A DNA stretch of 64,000 bases. Source: Octopus bimaculoides. Its lineage: Eukaryota. Each line of letters starts with the position of its first letter. The stretch's first letter is position 1. This document shows positions 38,701-48,607 of this stretch, in pieces. The stretch is from positions 21,269,284 through 21,333,283 of the forward strand of contig NC_069003.1 of NCBI RefSeq assembly GCF_001194135.2. Reading direction: 5' to 3'. The notes beneath the pieces were generated by a model. It worked only from the letters and a program-made list of their open reading frames with translations. It had not been told where the DNA came from and did no database searches. The translations under genes were made by a program, and so were the position numbers.

Positions 38701-39894
38701 TTGGTTTTGAATTTGTATTTTAATGTGGTTTTGTATTATATATGTATCGTATACATAAGGGTTGTATATGTAATTATTATCTCTGTGGGTAATAAAAAAA
38801 AAACAAATAACATAAAAGCATAGAAAAGAATAACAAAACAAAACAAAAGCGTTTCAAAATAACCACTTTTGTTCTTATAGAACCAACCAGAGGCAGTTTG
38901 AAATGGGTTGGTTATTTAAGCGAGTTAAAGGGGAGATAATATACTAACGGGAGGTAATTAGCGAATGTCTTCAGTAAATCCAACGCAATAATGTGAGTTG
39001 CAGACTATTTAGGTATTATGTGGTTATTATGCGTTTTATGTATCTTTTATGACTTGTTTTTTCCTTTTAATTATTTGTTTGTTGATTAAAATTCGAGATA
39101 AATCAAGAAGGCGATGTGTGTGAAAACCAAAACAAACTTTGGAAATTGTTACTGAAATTGAAACTCGAAATTGAAATTAATAAGATGTAGAGCAGATGGA
39201 ACAGAAATTTAAATTTAAAATTTGAAATCTAGTTTTACTCCCTTTTGACATCTTTTTATCCCATTCTAAAATGAGAAAATACATTGGAACGTACATTGGT
39301 TTCAAATTTTGGCACAAGGCCAGCAATTTCGGGGTATGCAGATTACATTGACCCAAGGGTTCAAAAACTTAAAAGGCGAAGTCGACCCCATTGACATTTG
39401 AACATAAAACGAAGTCAGAAGAAATGCTGCCAAAGAACTTTTCCTATCATGGTAACGATTCTGCCAGCTCACCACCTTGAAGTTAGTCAATGAACAGAAA
39501 TGTGCTGTATACATAATCTCAATAGAGTTTGTGGAAAAAAAAAAAAAGATTTCAAAATCTATTGCTACATAAACAATGACAACAAATTTGTTCTTTTCAA
39601 TGATAACAGAGTGGAGACCAAGGCAAACAAATATGACAAAACAACGGCACTTAATATTTTTGGTGGTTGTACATGTAAGGCCTTGTTTATGAGGTGTGTC
39701 TACATACCTGTGTTTGTGAGGTGAAGAAGTGTGTTCTGGAGTCTCTCGTATGTGTTCAGGGATATTCTCGATTTCATTCGATCTTATGATTGCGTTCTCT
39801 TCCACACCTTCTCCTTTGCTAAGGATCGGCTCAGAATATTTGCGGTCCATCGCGAAGGTGGGAGAGTCTCTCACATCCCCGTTCTTAAACGAGT
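15240..39894 (-). CDS. FARP1/2: FERM, ARHGEF and pleckstrin domain protein (FARP1/FARP2/Cdep-like), partial multi-exon gene: linker-DH-PH1-PH2; 5' FERM exons not in window
   Basis: Spliced translation has FARP-family motifs: [152 protein letters not shown]. All introns are GT-AG and phases match from 34903 to the stop. Family assignment is from recalled sequence, not a database search. Confidence 0.95.
15960..16111 (-). CDS. FARP1/2: FARP-like PH2 exon: [50 protein letters not shown](R)
   Basis: tcttttcag|GAT...AG|gtgagt; 152 nt, phase 0->2. Confidence 0.97.
16983..17090 (-). CDS. FARP1/2: FARP-like PH2 exon: [36 protein letters not shown]
   Basis: tttttacag|AAC...CAA|gtaagt; 108 nt, phase 0->0. 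Confidence 0.97.
17284..17690 (+). mobile_element. SINE family A (tRNA-like head, CORE-like CCTTGGGCAAGTGTCTT body, internal TA/TG microsatellite), near full length
   Basis: A-box TGGCTGTGTGG, B-box GGTTCAGTCC; colinear with 61494-61902; fragments throughout the window. Confidence 0.88.
17695..17900 (+). mobile_element. Probable CRE-clade (restriction-like endonuclease) non-LTR retrotransposon 3' end
   Basis: [26 protein letters not shown]...EPRE/KWLLQQ resembles the F.P.A.ETLG..GP....FL..LG......EPRE...L.QR motif. Confidence 0.55.
18618..18905 (+). mobile_element. tRNA-derived SINE with a family-B-like head and body but a different 3' part
   Basis: GGAGGCACAATGGCCTAGTGGTTAG..AAACACCTAAGCTCCA..CACAACTTTCTC shared with 62494; diverges after that. 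Confidence 0.75.
19344..19510 (-). CDS. FARP1/2: FARP-like PH1-PH2 linker exon: (S)[55 protein letters not shown]
   Basis: atatttcag|GC...AAG|gtaagt; 167 nt, phase 1->0; carries the conserved [17 protein letters not shown] motif. Confidence 0.96.
20888..20997 (-). CDS. FARP1/2: FARP-like exon, end of PH1: (S)[36 protein letters not shown](S)
   Basis: tttaaccag|T TCT...ACT A|gtgagt; 110 nt, phase 2->1. Confidence 0.94.
21275..21720 (+). mobile_element. 5'-truncated RTE-type LINE: ORF end, 3'UTR and (GAT)n tail
   Basis: [21 protein letters not shown], then the AAAAGCACCC..GTTAGGAAGGGC..CATGGAAA..GATGATGATG tail seen in many short copies. Confidence 0.8.
22108..22193 (-). CDS. FARP1/2: FARP-like PH1 exon: [28 protein letters not shown](S)
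   Basis: attttgcag|GTC...AG|gtgaat; 86 nt, phase 0->2. Confidence 0.94.
23403..23492 (-). CDS. FARP1/2: FARP-like PH1 exon: [30 protein letters not shown]
   Basis: caatgcag|TTT...ATG|gtgagt; 90 nt, phase 0->0. Confidence 0.95.
24421..24489 (-). CDS. FARP1/2: FARP-like PH1 exon: [23 protein letters not shown]
   Basis: atttgcag|GAA...TTG|gtaatt; 69 nt, phase 0->0. Confidence 0.95.
24563..24908. mobile_element. Foldback/MITE with ~155-bp imperfect inverted arms
   Basis: e.g. CACTTAAATGTGGATG..TTAGAACAAACTATA vs TATAGTTTGTTCTAAC..CATCCACTTTTAAGTG; AATCCCTGCCACCTCCAG vs CTGGAGGTGGCAGGGATT; no TSD seen. Confidence 0.75.
25255..25516 (+). mobile_element. LINE (RTE-like) ORF2 3' end
   Basis: [11 protein letters not shown]...[44 protein letters not shown]. 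Confidence 0.8.
25747..25818 (-). CDS. FARP1/2: FARP-like exon at DH-PH1 junction: [24 protein letters not shown]
   Basis: atttttcag|GAT...AGG|gtgagt; 72 nt, phase 0->0. Confidence 0.95.
26122..26378. repeat. Degenerate ~28-bp minisatellite, about 9 copies
   Basis: Consensus approximately AACATRTYCTCAATGCAACACTGCAYCC. Confidence 0.85.
26514..26572 (-). CDS. FARP1/2: FARP-like DH exon: (E)[19 protein letters not shown]
   Basis: cttttctatttaacag|AA...GTG|gtaagt; 59 nt, phase 1->0, bridges both neighbours in frame. Confidence 0.9.
27354..27668 (+). mobile_element. SINE family B'
   Basis: Colinear with 5150-5475. Confidence 0.85.
27940..27990 (-). CDS. FARP1/2: FARP-like DH exon: (R)[16 protein letters not shown](E)
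   Basis: attttcag|GA...G|gtaaca; 51 nt, phase 1->1. Confidence 0.92.
28416..29160 (-). mobile_element. Internally deleted mariner (Tc1/mariner) relic; 5' end runs into an N-gap
   Basis: HTH segment [35 protein letters not shown]...[17 protein letters not shown]; C-terminus [28 protein letters not shown]; terminal TA+ATGGGTCATCCCATAAATAATG. Confidence 0.88.
30326..30527 (-). CDS. FARP1/2: FARP-like DH exon: [43 protein letters not shown][gap/adapter][16 protein letters not shown](R)
   Basis: ttttcag|ATT...GAA A|gtaagt; phase 0->1; interrupted by 10 N (30389-30398) and adapter sequence (30375-30388). Confidence 0.93.
30375..30388 (+). other. Illumina adapter contamination (AGATCGGAAGAGCG)
   Basis: Exact match to the start of the standard Illumina adapter read-through, directly abutting a 10-N gap. 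Confidence 0.9.
31801..31980 (+). mobile_element. piggyBac-type MITE (180 bp)
   Basis: TTAA on both sides (31797-31800, 31981-31984); TIR CCTTTTAGCATTCA / TGAATGCTAAAAGGG. Confidence 0.8.
32074..32561 (+). mobile_element. hAT (Charlie-type) MITE with a SINE inserted at ~32290-32470
   Basis: TIRs TAGTGCTACTCAAA / TTTGAGAAGCACTG; 8-bp TSD GTGTAGAG / GTGTAGAA with the central TA typical of Charlie-type hATs. Confidence 0.8.
32607..32688 (-). CDS. FARP1/2: FARP-like DH exon: (W)[27 protein letters not shown]
   Basis: ctttacag|G GAA...CCT|gtaagt; 82 nt, phase 2->0; corresponds to WEG...QRIGDILL. Confidence 0.92.
32880..33230 (-). mobile_element. SINE family A, reverse orientation
   Basis: Reverse complement of the family A consensus. 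Confidence 0.85.
33690..33880 (-). mobile_element. Possible LINE RT fragment
   Basis: [20 protein letters not shown] resembles the post-RT I.I.G..+E.V..F.YLGS motif; heavily decayed. Confidence 0.35.
33948..34075 (-). CDS. FARP1/2: FARP-like DH exon: [42 protein letters not shown](W)
   Basis: ttattttcag|TCT...TG|gtaact; 128 nt, phase 0->2. Confidence 0.92.
34814..34903 (-). CDS. FARP1/2: FARP-like exon, start of DH domain: [30 protein letters not shown]
   Basis: ttttccag|CGA...CAG|gtttgt; 90 nt, phase 0->0; matches the DH helix-1 motif. Confidence 0.93.
35100..35580. mobile_element. Unclassified interspersed repeat with inverted-repeat-like ends (second copy at 53930-55005)
   Basis: Clear similarity along ~450 bp to 53930-54351 plus 54952-55005. 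Confidence 0.75.
37135..38113. other. Assembly gap (979 N)
   Basis: Run of N. Other gaps: 7660-8035, 10013-10268, 10828-11484, 20060-20159, 22232-22269, 29161-29650, plus short ~10-N gaps. Confidence 0.99.
39708..39894 (-). CDS. FARP1/2: FARP-like probable linker exon (187 nt, phase 1->2): (D)[61 protein letters not shown]
   Basis: Strong acceptor ctcttttctcttgttttctag, donor CAG|GTATGT, open frame, S/P/E-rich like the FERM-DH linker. No recognisable homology, and the phase does not join exon 34903 directly. Confidence 0.65.
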
Positions 39895-40256
39895 CTAGAA
39901 AACAAGAGAAAAGAGACCAACATTAATAATCGTTTCAAATTTTGGAACAAGGCTAGCTGATTTAAGGGGAAAGGGTAAGTTGATCACATTAAACCCAGTA
40001 TTTTAAAAAATACTTATTTTATCAACTCTGAAAGGATGAAAGACAAAGTTGACCTTGGCAGAATCTGAAATCTGTAAATAAAAATCTGAAGAATTGTCGC
40101 GAAGTATTTTTGTCCAACTCATTGCTGCCACTACTACAATTAATAATAATCCTTTATACTGTAGGTACAAGGCATGAAATTTTGAGGGGAGGGGCCTAGT
40201 CAATTACATCAACCCCAGTACTCAGCAGGAACTTATTTCATTGACCCTGAAAAGAG

Positions 40257-40452
40257 ATGTCATCATGTAGAGAGCCAACCAGGTCCAACCGTGCCCTCCA
40301 TTGCTGATGGTCCCATGCCAGCTCCTCTGCATCCTCCAAGGTGATGTCAAGCCTCTGCAGGTCTTCCAGCCCACAACTGCTGTGTTGAATGAGAGTAAAG
40401 CCCTGGTAGGATGATCTTGCAGGAGGTGGAGGATATATCTGTACCAGCACAT
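40257..40452 (-). mobile_element. LINE fragment, same family as 25255-25516
   Basis: HLLQDHPTRALLSFN...DLQRLDITLEDAEELAWDHQQWRARLDLVGSLHDD (frameshifted). Confidence 0.78.
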
Positions 40453-41149
40453 GTAACAGATGGCTATAAGGTGGGAGGCTGCAGGCTAATGTGGGCTTAT
40501 ATCTTTCAATAAATTTTAGAAATAATCAAGAATTTGAAAGGGTTTAGTAAAATTTCTAGGAAGACATGTTGTGTAGTGGTTTGGGTGTTAGGTTGACAAT
40601 CATTCGACTGCAGGTTCAATTCTCAGGCTGGGTAGCGTGTTATCTCCTTGAACAAGGCACTTCATTTTACATTGCTTCATGAGTCTCAGAAATAGCTGGG
40701 TGGAGTGAGTGTAACTTCATGACAGGCTGACATTCTGTTCAAACACACTAATCCATCACCAGATGCTCTTCTATTCTCAGTCACTCAAACACCATGGAAA
40801 CCTGAACAAGTTCCAACCTAATGAACAAGTAGGCTTGAGACAAATTTCAAGTAAAATCATTTTCCTTCATAATCATGTTGGTCCGAGGAATATCTTTTAA
40901 TGGTAAATTCTACCAGAGAACTATGAAGTTCCATTATAAGAGTTTCTTTATTGGTCTTGAAAGAACAAAAGTCATTGTTGACCTGAACAGAAGTTGAACT
41001 CAAAGTTCAAGGAAGCAGGTCAAATACTCTAAACCAATCTATCCTACTGTCCAGCAACTCTGCCAATGGCTGTCCACTTCCGACTGAGGAAGATCGTCAC
41101 TGACCATTAAGAACATTGTGGACACAGACAAAATTAGTCTTTACATTTA

Positions 41150-41690
41150 GAAATGTTCACTTTTCCCTTTAATTGACTTCTCTGTTGGTGGTGATGACAA
41201 GCATTGTTTCCCCTAATTGATGTCCCATATTTCTCATCTTCAACAAGAATTTTACACAATCCTTATATCGTAGTCTTGGTTTCTACTGGGGGCATTTTCC
41301 AAGAACATGTTCACCACATAGCATCTGCTGAAGGATTTTCTGATTGTTCATTCAAACAAAGTGTCCAGTCCAATGTAAACAATGCCTGTAGGCTATCACT
41401 TTAAGGCTCATGGTGTCAGCTCCACTCAAGATATCAGAATGTATATCTGATGGGAGGGTTCAAGGGCACTTACATGTTGCCCATAAAAGGTCCATCACAT
41501 CAGTACATGCATGTGGTACACAGCAACTTTTGTTCATCTTGTGATGCCATGTTGGGATCATGCACAAGACTCAAGAGCCCTGAAGGAATCAGTTGCCTTC
41601 AACATATTTCATCACCCAATTGGTCTTGCTGTAAAAATCAAATCCCTTGTTCCTCCACCAGAACAGAAGTCACATTGAGAGTCGGGTAGA
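41150..41690 (-). mobile_element. RTE/BovB-like LINE 3' fragment, degenerate
   Basis: RHCLHWTGHFV*MNNQKILQQMLCGE...KPRLRYKDCVK resembles the LRWTGHV.RM...P+Q+LYGEL..G.R..G.P.KRYKD motif. Confidence 0.7.
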
Positions 41691-41894
41691 ATGTCATTTA
41701 CAAGGTATTTGTTCGAGCAGGTAAAAAGAATACTTGCCAGAACCGTGCCAACAAATGGCACCAAAGAAGTATCTATATATATATACTGCCATAATCATTT
41801 TAATAACCGTTCCATGCTTGCATAGGGCAGATGAAACTTCTATGAGGCAGAATTTTCTACAATCAGATCCTTTGCTTGTTACCAAGTGTGTGTG

Positions 41895-41956
<62 letters not shown>

Positions 41957-44257
41957 GTGAAGGCATGTGGCCTAGTGGCTACACTGTTGCATTCACAATC
42001 GCTAGATTAAGGGTTTGATTCCCAAACTGGGTGGTGTGTTGAGTTCTTCAGCAAGACACTTCATTACATGCTGCTCCATTCCACTTTTCAATCAAGGGAG
42101 AATGTTGGTCAGCTCGAAGGCTAAAACAATGCAAAGCACACTGTGATTAGCAATGTGGAGCAACATAAAAGTCTGGTCAGTCACCTTATATACATGTATA
42201 TAAAGTAAAATAGCTTATGTTCATGTAGGCATGATATAAATAGAAAGCTTTCTTAATTACCATCCAAGACGCTGAATGTTCACTGATGCATTTAGTTTAT
42301 TGAACTGTCTTTAAGACAAGATTAGATTTTTGATAAAAAAATTATTTAGAATTATCATTATCTTTAGAAACGAATATATTTCATAATATCTTTATGTAAA
42401 AAGTATAGATAAAATGTAACATTTTTCTATCCCTTCTGTGAGGATTAGTGTTAATAGTTGGAATGCTTATATTTTTAATAATTCATTTCAGATACTTAGA
42501 CAGACATCTGTGAGTGCGTGTATTTAATAATAATGAGCTTATTGTATACAGTGCTCAGGTGCACTATATCAAGGATAAAAAATGGATTAACGGTCCTCCT
42601 GAGTGACAGGCTCTTAAGGCTAGTTTCCCCAAACTGTGGCATATATATTCCCCCACTAGATGGGATACTGGTTTGTTGCAGTATTATTCACTTTTAATAG
42701 CTGAGTGGACTGGAGCAATGTGAAATGAAGTGTTTTGTTCAAGAATACAATATACCACCTGGTCCAGGAATTGAAACCACCATCTCATGATTACGAATGC
42801 AACACCCTAACCATTGAGCCATGCACCTCCACACACACATCATAATTTTACTGTACGCTTTTCCATGCTTGCATGGATGGATGGAATTTGTTGAGGCAGA
42901 TTTTCTATGGCCAGATGCCCTTTCTATCACAAACTATCATATTGCCAAGCAAAATAATACTATCCTATGGCTAGACATATTTTCAAAGAAGCTTAGAAAC
43001 AAAGGACACCGTATAATGATGACACTCGTTCACAACGATCAGGAGACACAAAGACAAGGCAACACCAACTGTCTCTCTCTCTCATACACACACACACATA
43101 TGTATATGACGACGGACTCTTTTTTATTGTCTTACAAATCCATTTGCCCAAGGTTCCACGCAATGGAACTGAAACTGAAATCACATGGTTGTAAAGTGAG
43201 CTTCTTAACTTCACAGCCAAGACCACGCCTGTCATTTATTTATTTATTTATTGGTGGGTTTAAGGACGATTAAAATGGAAATCACAGTTCCCTAAGTGTC
43301 TCCGGGACACTGGGACCCAGACTTGAATCACAGGTTTGCAGACCAAGTAGATGGATATTTAAATCGTATTTTGCTTTAAGTTGTGTGAGAGAGAGAGAGA
43401 GAGAGAGAAACAAGAGGTGATCAATTGCCAGGACTACAATAATATATCGATACCATAACACACCTGATATATAAAAACCAACGAATAGATACTACTGTAC
43501 TTATAATTTGACCATTTATTTTAAAATTTTTCCGTAAATGAAATAAAATAGAAAATAAATATGAAACAAAGGGCGATAATTTGAGGGAATATAACTATTC
43601 CATCAGAGTTATTTCCCTTACACACTAAAAAACTTTCTCTTAAAGCTTGACTTATTACAACTTTTTGCAGCTGTTAATTTTTGTAAATAAAGCCGAGGAG
43701 AATAAAGAAAATACTGAAAGGAAGACACTGCAAGGATCAAAATGGATATACACCGCACGCATAAAATGGCCAAGAAGAAAAGCTTTGGGCTTTTTGTTTT
43801 TGCGGTGAGGGACAGCTATGTAGAGAGAAGACCATTCGGGCATGACGTGCTTCAGGTTAACTTAGCGAAGCAGAATTATCTGCCCTTGCTATCAAGCCTC
43901 TAAGACCCCACCCTGCCCCCACCACTACAGAAGCTCTCGTATCAGGCATGCATTTCCCAGTTCGTAAATTTAACCGCATTCATTCAGCGAAGTAATAATA
44001 TCTGATTAGTCAATATATCTGAGATGTATTGTTGTTAAAATGTTCTAACGTATTCAGACAATTTAATTAAACCTAACTTGAAGATGTAACATAGTTTTAA
44101 TATTTACTTGCACCCATTAGATCATAAGTGAATACAGCAGAGATGAAACATTCTGTTTTGCTTTCCTTCGATGGTGGTGCTTCAACCATTTCGAGGCCGT
44201 TAACAGCCCACTAAAGGTGGTTGATTGACAGTTGTTAAAGCATAAGATTAAATTGTA

Positions 44258-44555
44258 GTGAAGGTGCATAGCTTAGCGTATTCAGCTCACGGTTGTAAGA
44301 TCGTGAGTTCGATTCTTGGCGGTGCGTCGTGTCCTTGAGCAAGACACTTTATTTCAAGTTGCTCCAGTTCACCCAACTGGCAAAAATGAGTTGAACCTTT
44401 AATTGAAAGAGCCAGCCTTTTCATATTCTGTGTCACTGAATCCCCCTGAAAGCTACATTAAAGATACATGTGTCTGTGGAGTGTTCAGCCACCTGCACAT
44501 TAATTTGTTAATGTTCTATTGATCAGATCAACTGGAACCGTTGTTGTTATAAGCG
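44258..44555 (+). mobile_element. SINE family B'
   Basis: Colinear with 5150-5475. Confidence 0.85.
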
Positions 44556-45232
44556 GCAGAGTACCACTTGGATTAAATTTCGTTGTGGTGTTTGTTCTGG
44601 CTCTCGGCATTTTAAGTTCCAATCTTGCTAAAGCCAACTTTCCCTTTCATCTTCTTGAGTATTGGTAAAGGAACCACCAACTGGGTGCCGGTGCAGCTCT
44701 CTCTTCTACCACCTGTTACATCCTGGATGTTTAGCTGGGTTAAGGGTGATAGGATGGTTTTAGGGAGTGGGGTGTCTGTGTTTGTATAAATTTACAACTA
44801 TGTGTGAACCTAAAACAATTGGCAAAAGTATGGTGTATGCTACCAAGCCATCATTTATTTCCAAGAGATGACTGGTGAGGTGGCTGTAAAGGCTTGTGAC
44901 CCAGGGGTTGAAGTTTTAGGCTTGCAATCATGACTGCAATCTTGGACTGGGCTGCACATCATATGATGATATATACTTTTAATCTTTTGCTTCAGTCACT
45001 GGACTGTGGCCTTGCTGGGGCATCACCTTGAAGGGTTTAGTAAAACATATCAACTATGATACTTATTTTTAAAGTCTGGCTGAATTGAACAGCTTAGTTG
45101 TGAGAATGTAAACAAATCAATATTGATTATCAAACGGTGGAGGGACAAACACACATGTGCATACATACACATGTGCACACATACACATGTGCACACAGTT
45201 TCTGTTTATCAAATTAAAAAGGCATATGTGTA

Positions 45233-45660
45233 TGCATGACTGTGTGGTAAGAAGTTTGCTTGTCAGCCACATGGTTCTGAGTTCAGTTCCACTGCATGGC
45301 ACCTTGGGCAAATGTTTTCCACTAGAGCCTTGGGCCAGCCAAAGCCTTGGGCCAGCCAAAGCCTTGTGAGTGGATTTGGTAAATGGAAGCTGAAAGAAGC
45401 CTGTCATATCTATGTATATTTATATACATATATGTGTGTGTGTGTCTCTGTGTCTGTGTTTGTCCCCCACCACTGCTTGACAACCAGCATTGGTGTGTTT
45501 ATATCCCTGTAACTTAGCAGTTAGGCAAAGAGACCAACAGAATAAATACCACGCTTAGAAAAAAAAATAAGTACTGGGATCAGTTCATTCAAGTAAAAGT
45601 TCTTCAATGCAGTGCCCCAGCATGGCCAGTCAAATGACTGAAACAAATAAGTGATGAAAG
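45233..45660 (+). mobile_element. SINE family A, older copy with a short internal duplication (CCTTGGGCCAGCCAAAG x2)
   Basis: Colinear with 61494-61902. Confidence 0.85.
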
Positions 45661-45994
45661 AAAAGATTCTGGGTAACAGGAGACAATTATCCACTGGTAG
45701 ATGGAAGAGATACCCATAGATCCTATATCATCACCATCATCAATATCAACAGGTAGAGTGTAAAAGCAAAAAATAGTTAGTGATTACCATAACTGTGTGT
45801 GTGTGTGTGTGGACATGGTGTGGGTGATGATGTTCAGTGTTGAAATGTAGCGTGATGGAGAGTTGTTGATGCATGACAATAAAGACTCAGCTGAATATTG
45901 AACAGTTGAAGCAAGGATCAATATTAGATTAAACTATAGACAAAATGGCTGAAAATGAGGAAGTGGTAGTGGTAGTAGTAGCTAGAGTAGTAAT

Positions 45995-47370
45995 AATATT
46001 TGTTTCAAATTTTGGCACAGGGCCAGCAATTTTAGAGGGAAGAGTTTAGTCAATTACAATAAACCCCCCAGTATCTGACTGGTACTTTATACTATCAACC
46101 TAGAAAGAATGAAAGGTACATTTGACCTTGGTGAGATTTGAGCTCAGAAGAAATGCTGCCAGACATTTTGTCCAGCATGTTAAGAATTGTACCAGTTTGC
46201 TACCTAATAATAATAATAATAATAATGATAATAATTTCAAGCTTTGGCACAAGGCCAGGGATTTTGGGAGAGGGGGCAGGTCAGTTACATTGACCCCAGT
46301 GTTCAACTGATACTCTTTTTATTGACCCCAAAAGGATGAAAGGCAAAGTTAACTTTGGTGGAATTTGAAGTCAATATGGATGAACTTCCGCCAAACACTT
46401 TGTCCAGCATGCCAATGGCTCTGCCCACTTACCACCTTAGTAATAATAATAGGCTGCGAGCTGGCAGAAACCTTAGCAAGCCAGGCGAAATTCTTAGCGG
46501 TATTTCATCTGTCTTTATGTTCTGAATTCAAATTCTGCTGAGGTCGACTTTGCCTTTCATCCTTTTGGGGTCAATAAATTAAGTACCAGTTGTGTACTGA
46601 GGTTGATCCAATCAACTGGCCTCTTCCCTAAAAATTTCGGGCTTTGTGCCGAGTAGAAAATAATAATAAGAAGAAAAATAACCTCTTCTTACTATAGGCA
46701 CAAGGCCTGAAATTTGGGGGGAGGGGACCAGTCGATTACATCGACCCCAGTGTTTCACTGGTACTTAGTTCATAGACCCTGAAAAGCATGAAAGGCAAAG
46801 TCGAGTTTGGTGAAATAATAACAATAATAATGATTTCAAATTTTGCCACAAGGGCAACAATTTTGGGAGAGGGGATGAATCGATTACATCGACCCCCAGT
46901 ATTTAACTGGTACTTAATTTACCGACCCTGAAAGAATGAAAGGCAAAGTTGACCTTGGTGGATTTTTTTTTAACTCAGAACATAGCAATAGGCAAAATAC
47001 CGCTAAGCATTTTGTTCAACACACTAAAGATTCTGCCAGTTCACCACTTTAATAATTAATAATAATAATGATGATAACAACAATAACAACAACAACAACA
47101 ATAACAATAACAATAACAATAATAATAACAATAATAATAATAATAATATTAGTAATCCTTTCTACTAAAGGCACAAGGCCAGAAAATTGGGGGTGGGGTA
47201 CAGCTGATTACATTAACCCCAGTATACCACTGGTACTTAATTTAACAATTCTGAAAGGGCGAAAGGCAAGGTTGACCTTGGCAGAATATGAACTCAGAAC
47301 ATAAAAATGGGCAAACTGCTGCTAAGCATTCATTTGGTGTGCAAACAATCCTGCCAGCTCACCACCTTAA
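45995..47370. mobile_element. Cluster of about six SINE family C copies (~200 bp, (ATT)n tail) joined by (AAT)n tracts
   Basis: Motifs GAGCTGGCAGAA..GTTCAAATTC..GAGGTCGACTTTGCCTTTCATCC..AAGTACCAG..GGCCTTGTGCC; plus copy at 46452-46660, the others minus. Confidence 0.85.
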
Positions 47371-47989
47371 TGATAATAATAATAATAATAACTGTTTTAT
47401 GTCGACATTCTATGTCACTTTGATTTGGATGGGTCATTATGGTCTGTGTCCCTTCTTGTTCAGAGTCACTACACTTTCAGGCAGATTGGAAGTCTACATT
47501 TTGCCTAGACATTTCATTTTCTTATCCTTCCACTTTGCGCAGTGTACTACAGAATGTGGTGTAAAACATTACTGTAGTTAAGTCCATATCAAGGGAGTTA
47601 ACCCTCAACAGGGACATAACTCTGCAGTTAAAAACTACACACTGATAAATTAAGTTTGATAACATTAGTACCAGTTTAAATACTGCAGTTGGTCTGATCA
47701 ACTAAAAGACTTGATAGCAGTGACCCTGAAGGGTTGCAGTCCAGTGAAATAGAATATGCTAAGCTAGAAGATGTGGTGAGGGCTCAGTAACAAGCAAAAT
47801 TATATCTCTAATATAGACAGATTTGCTAGGGTGTTGAAGTGAATGTTATATTATAATAAATCCCTGCCTCTGGTTTGTTGCCTACCGTGAACTAGAATGG
47901 AAGTACATAAGGTTTAAAGGACCTAACGAGAGTGAAATGGCTACAGACGAAACACACAGTCTACAGGACTAGTTGAAGAGGGTTTTGTC

Positions 47990-48330
47990 AACTTGTCTGT
48001 TTCAGCTTTATATAGCACATATATGCATATACGAGATATATATACATAACATATATATGCATATATGAGCTGTACATGCATATATACATATATATATTAT
48101 ATATACATATATATATATTATATATACATGTATATATACATATACAAGATATATATACATATATGAGACATATATACATACATATATATGTATATTATAT
48201 ATATGTATATTACATATATATATATATATACACACAGACACACACAGATATATACATATACAAAATATATATATATACACACACACATATATATATGTAC
48301 ACGCATATATGACATATATGCATGCATAAC
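47990..48330. repeat. TA/CA-rich compound microsatellite
   Basis: Direct inspection. Other microsatellites: (TA)n 7604-7659, 14392-14462, 28085-28160, 41903-41953, 60001-60042; (GAT)n 51251-51317; (AAT)n 56644-56690; (ATT)n 58376-58421; AT-rich 63700-64000. Confidence 0.95.
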
Positions 48331-48607
48331 TACAGATAGAGTTTGTGTGCATATCATCTAAATTAGAGGGAGACATAGATGGGAAGAAGGCGAGAGAGGG
48401 GTGAGGAATTAAAAGAAGTGGATTAAAACAATAAGAGCTGGAGCATCAGAACTAGTGGTACCACTACCACCATCACCACCACAAACAGCAACAACAACAA
48501 CAGCACTAACATTGACAGCAACAATACCAGCACAAACGTAAACAACCCTCCACCACCACCACCACTACCAAAAATGATCGATACTCAGCTCCATTAATAT
48601 TGCTTAA

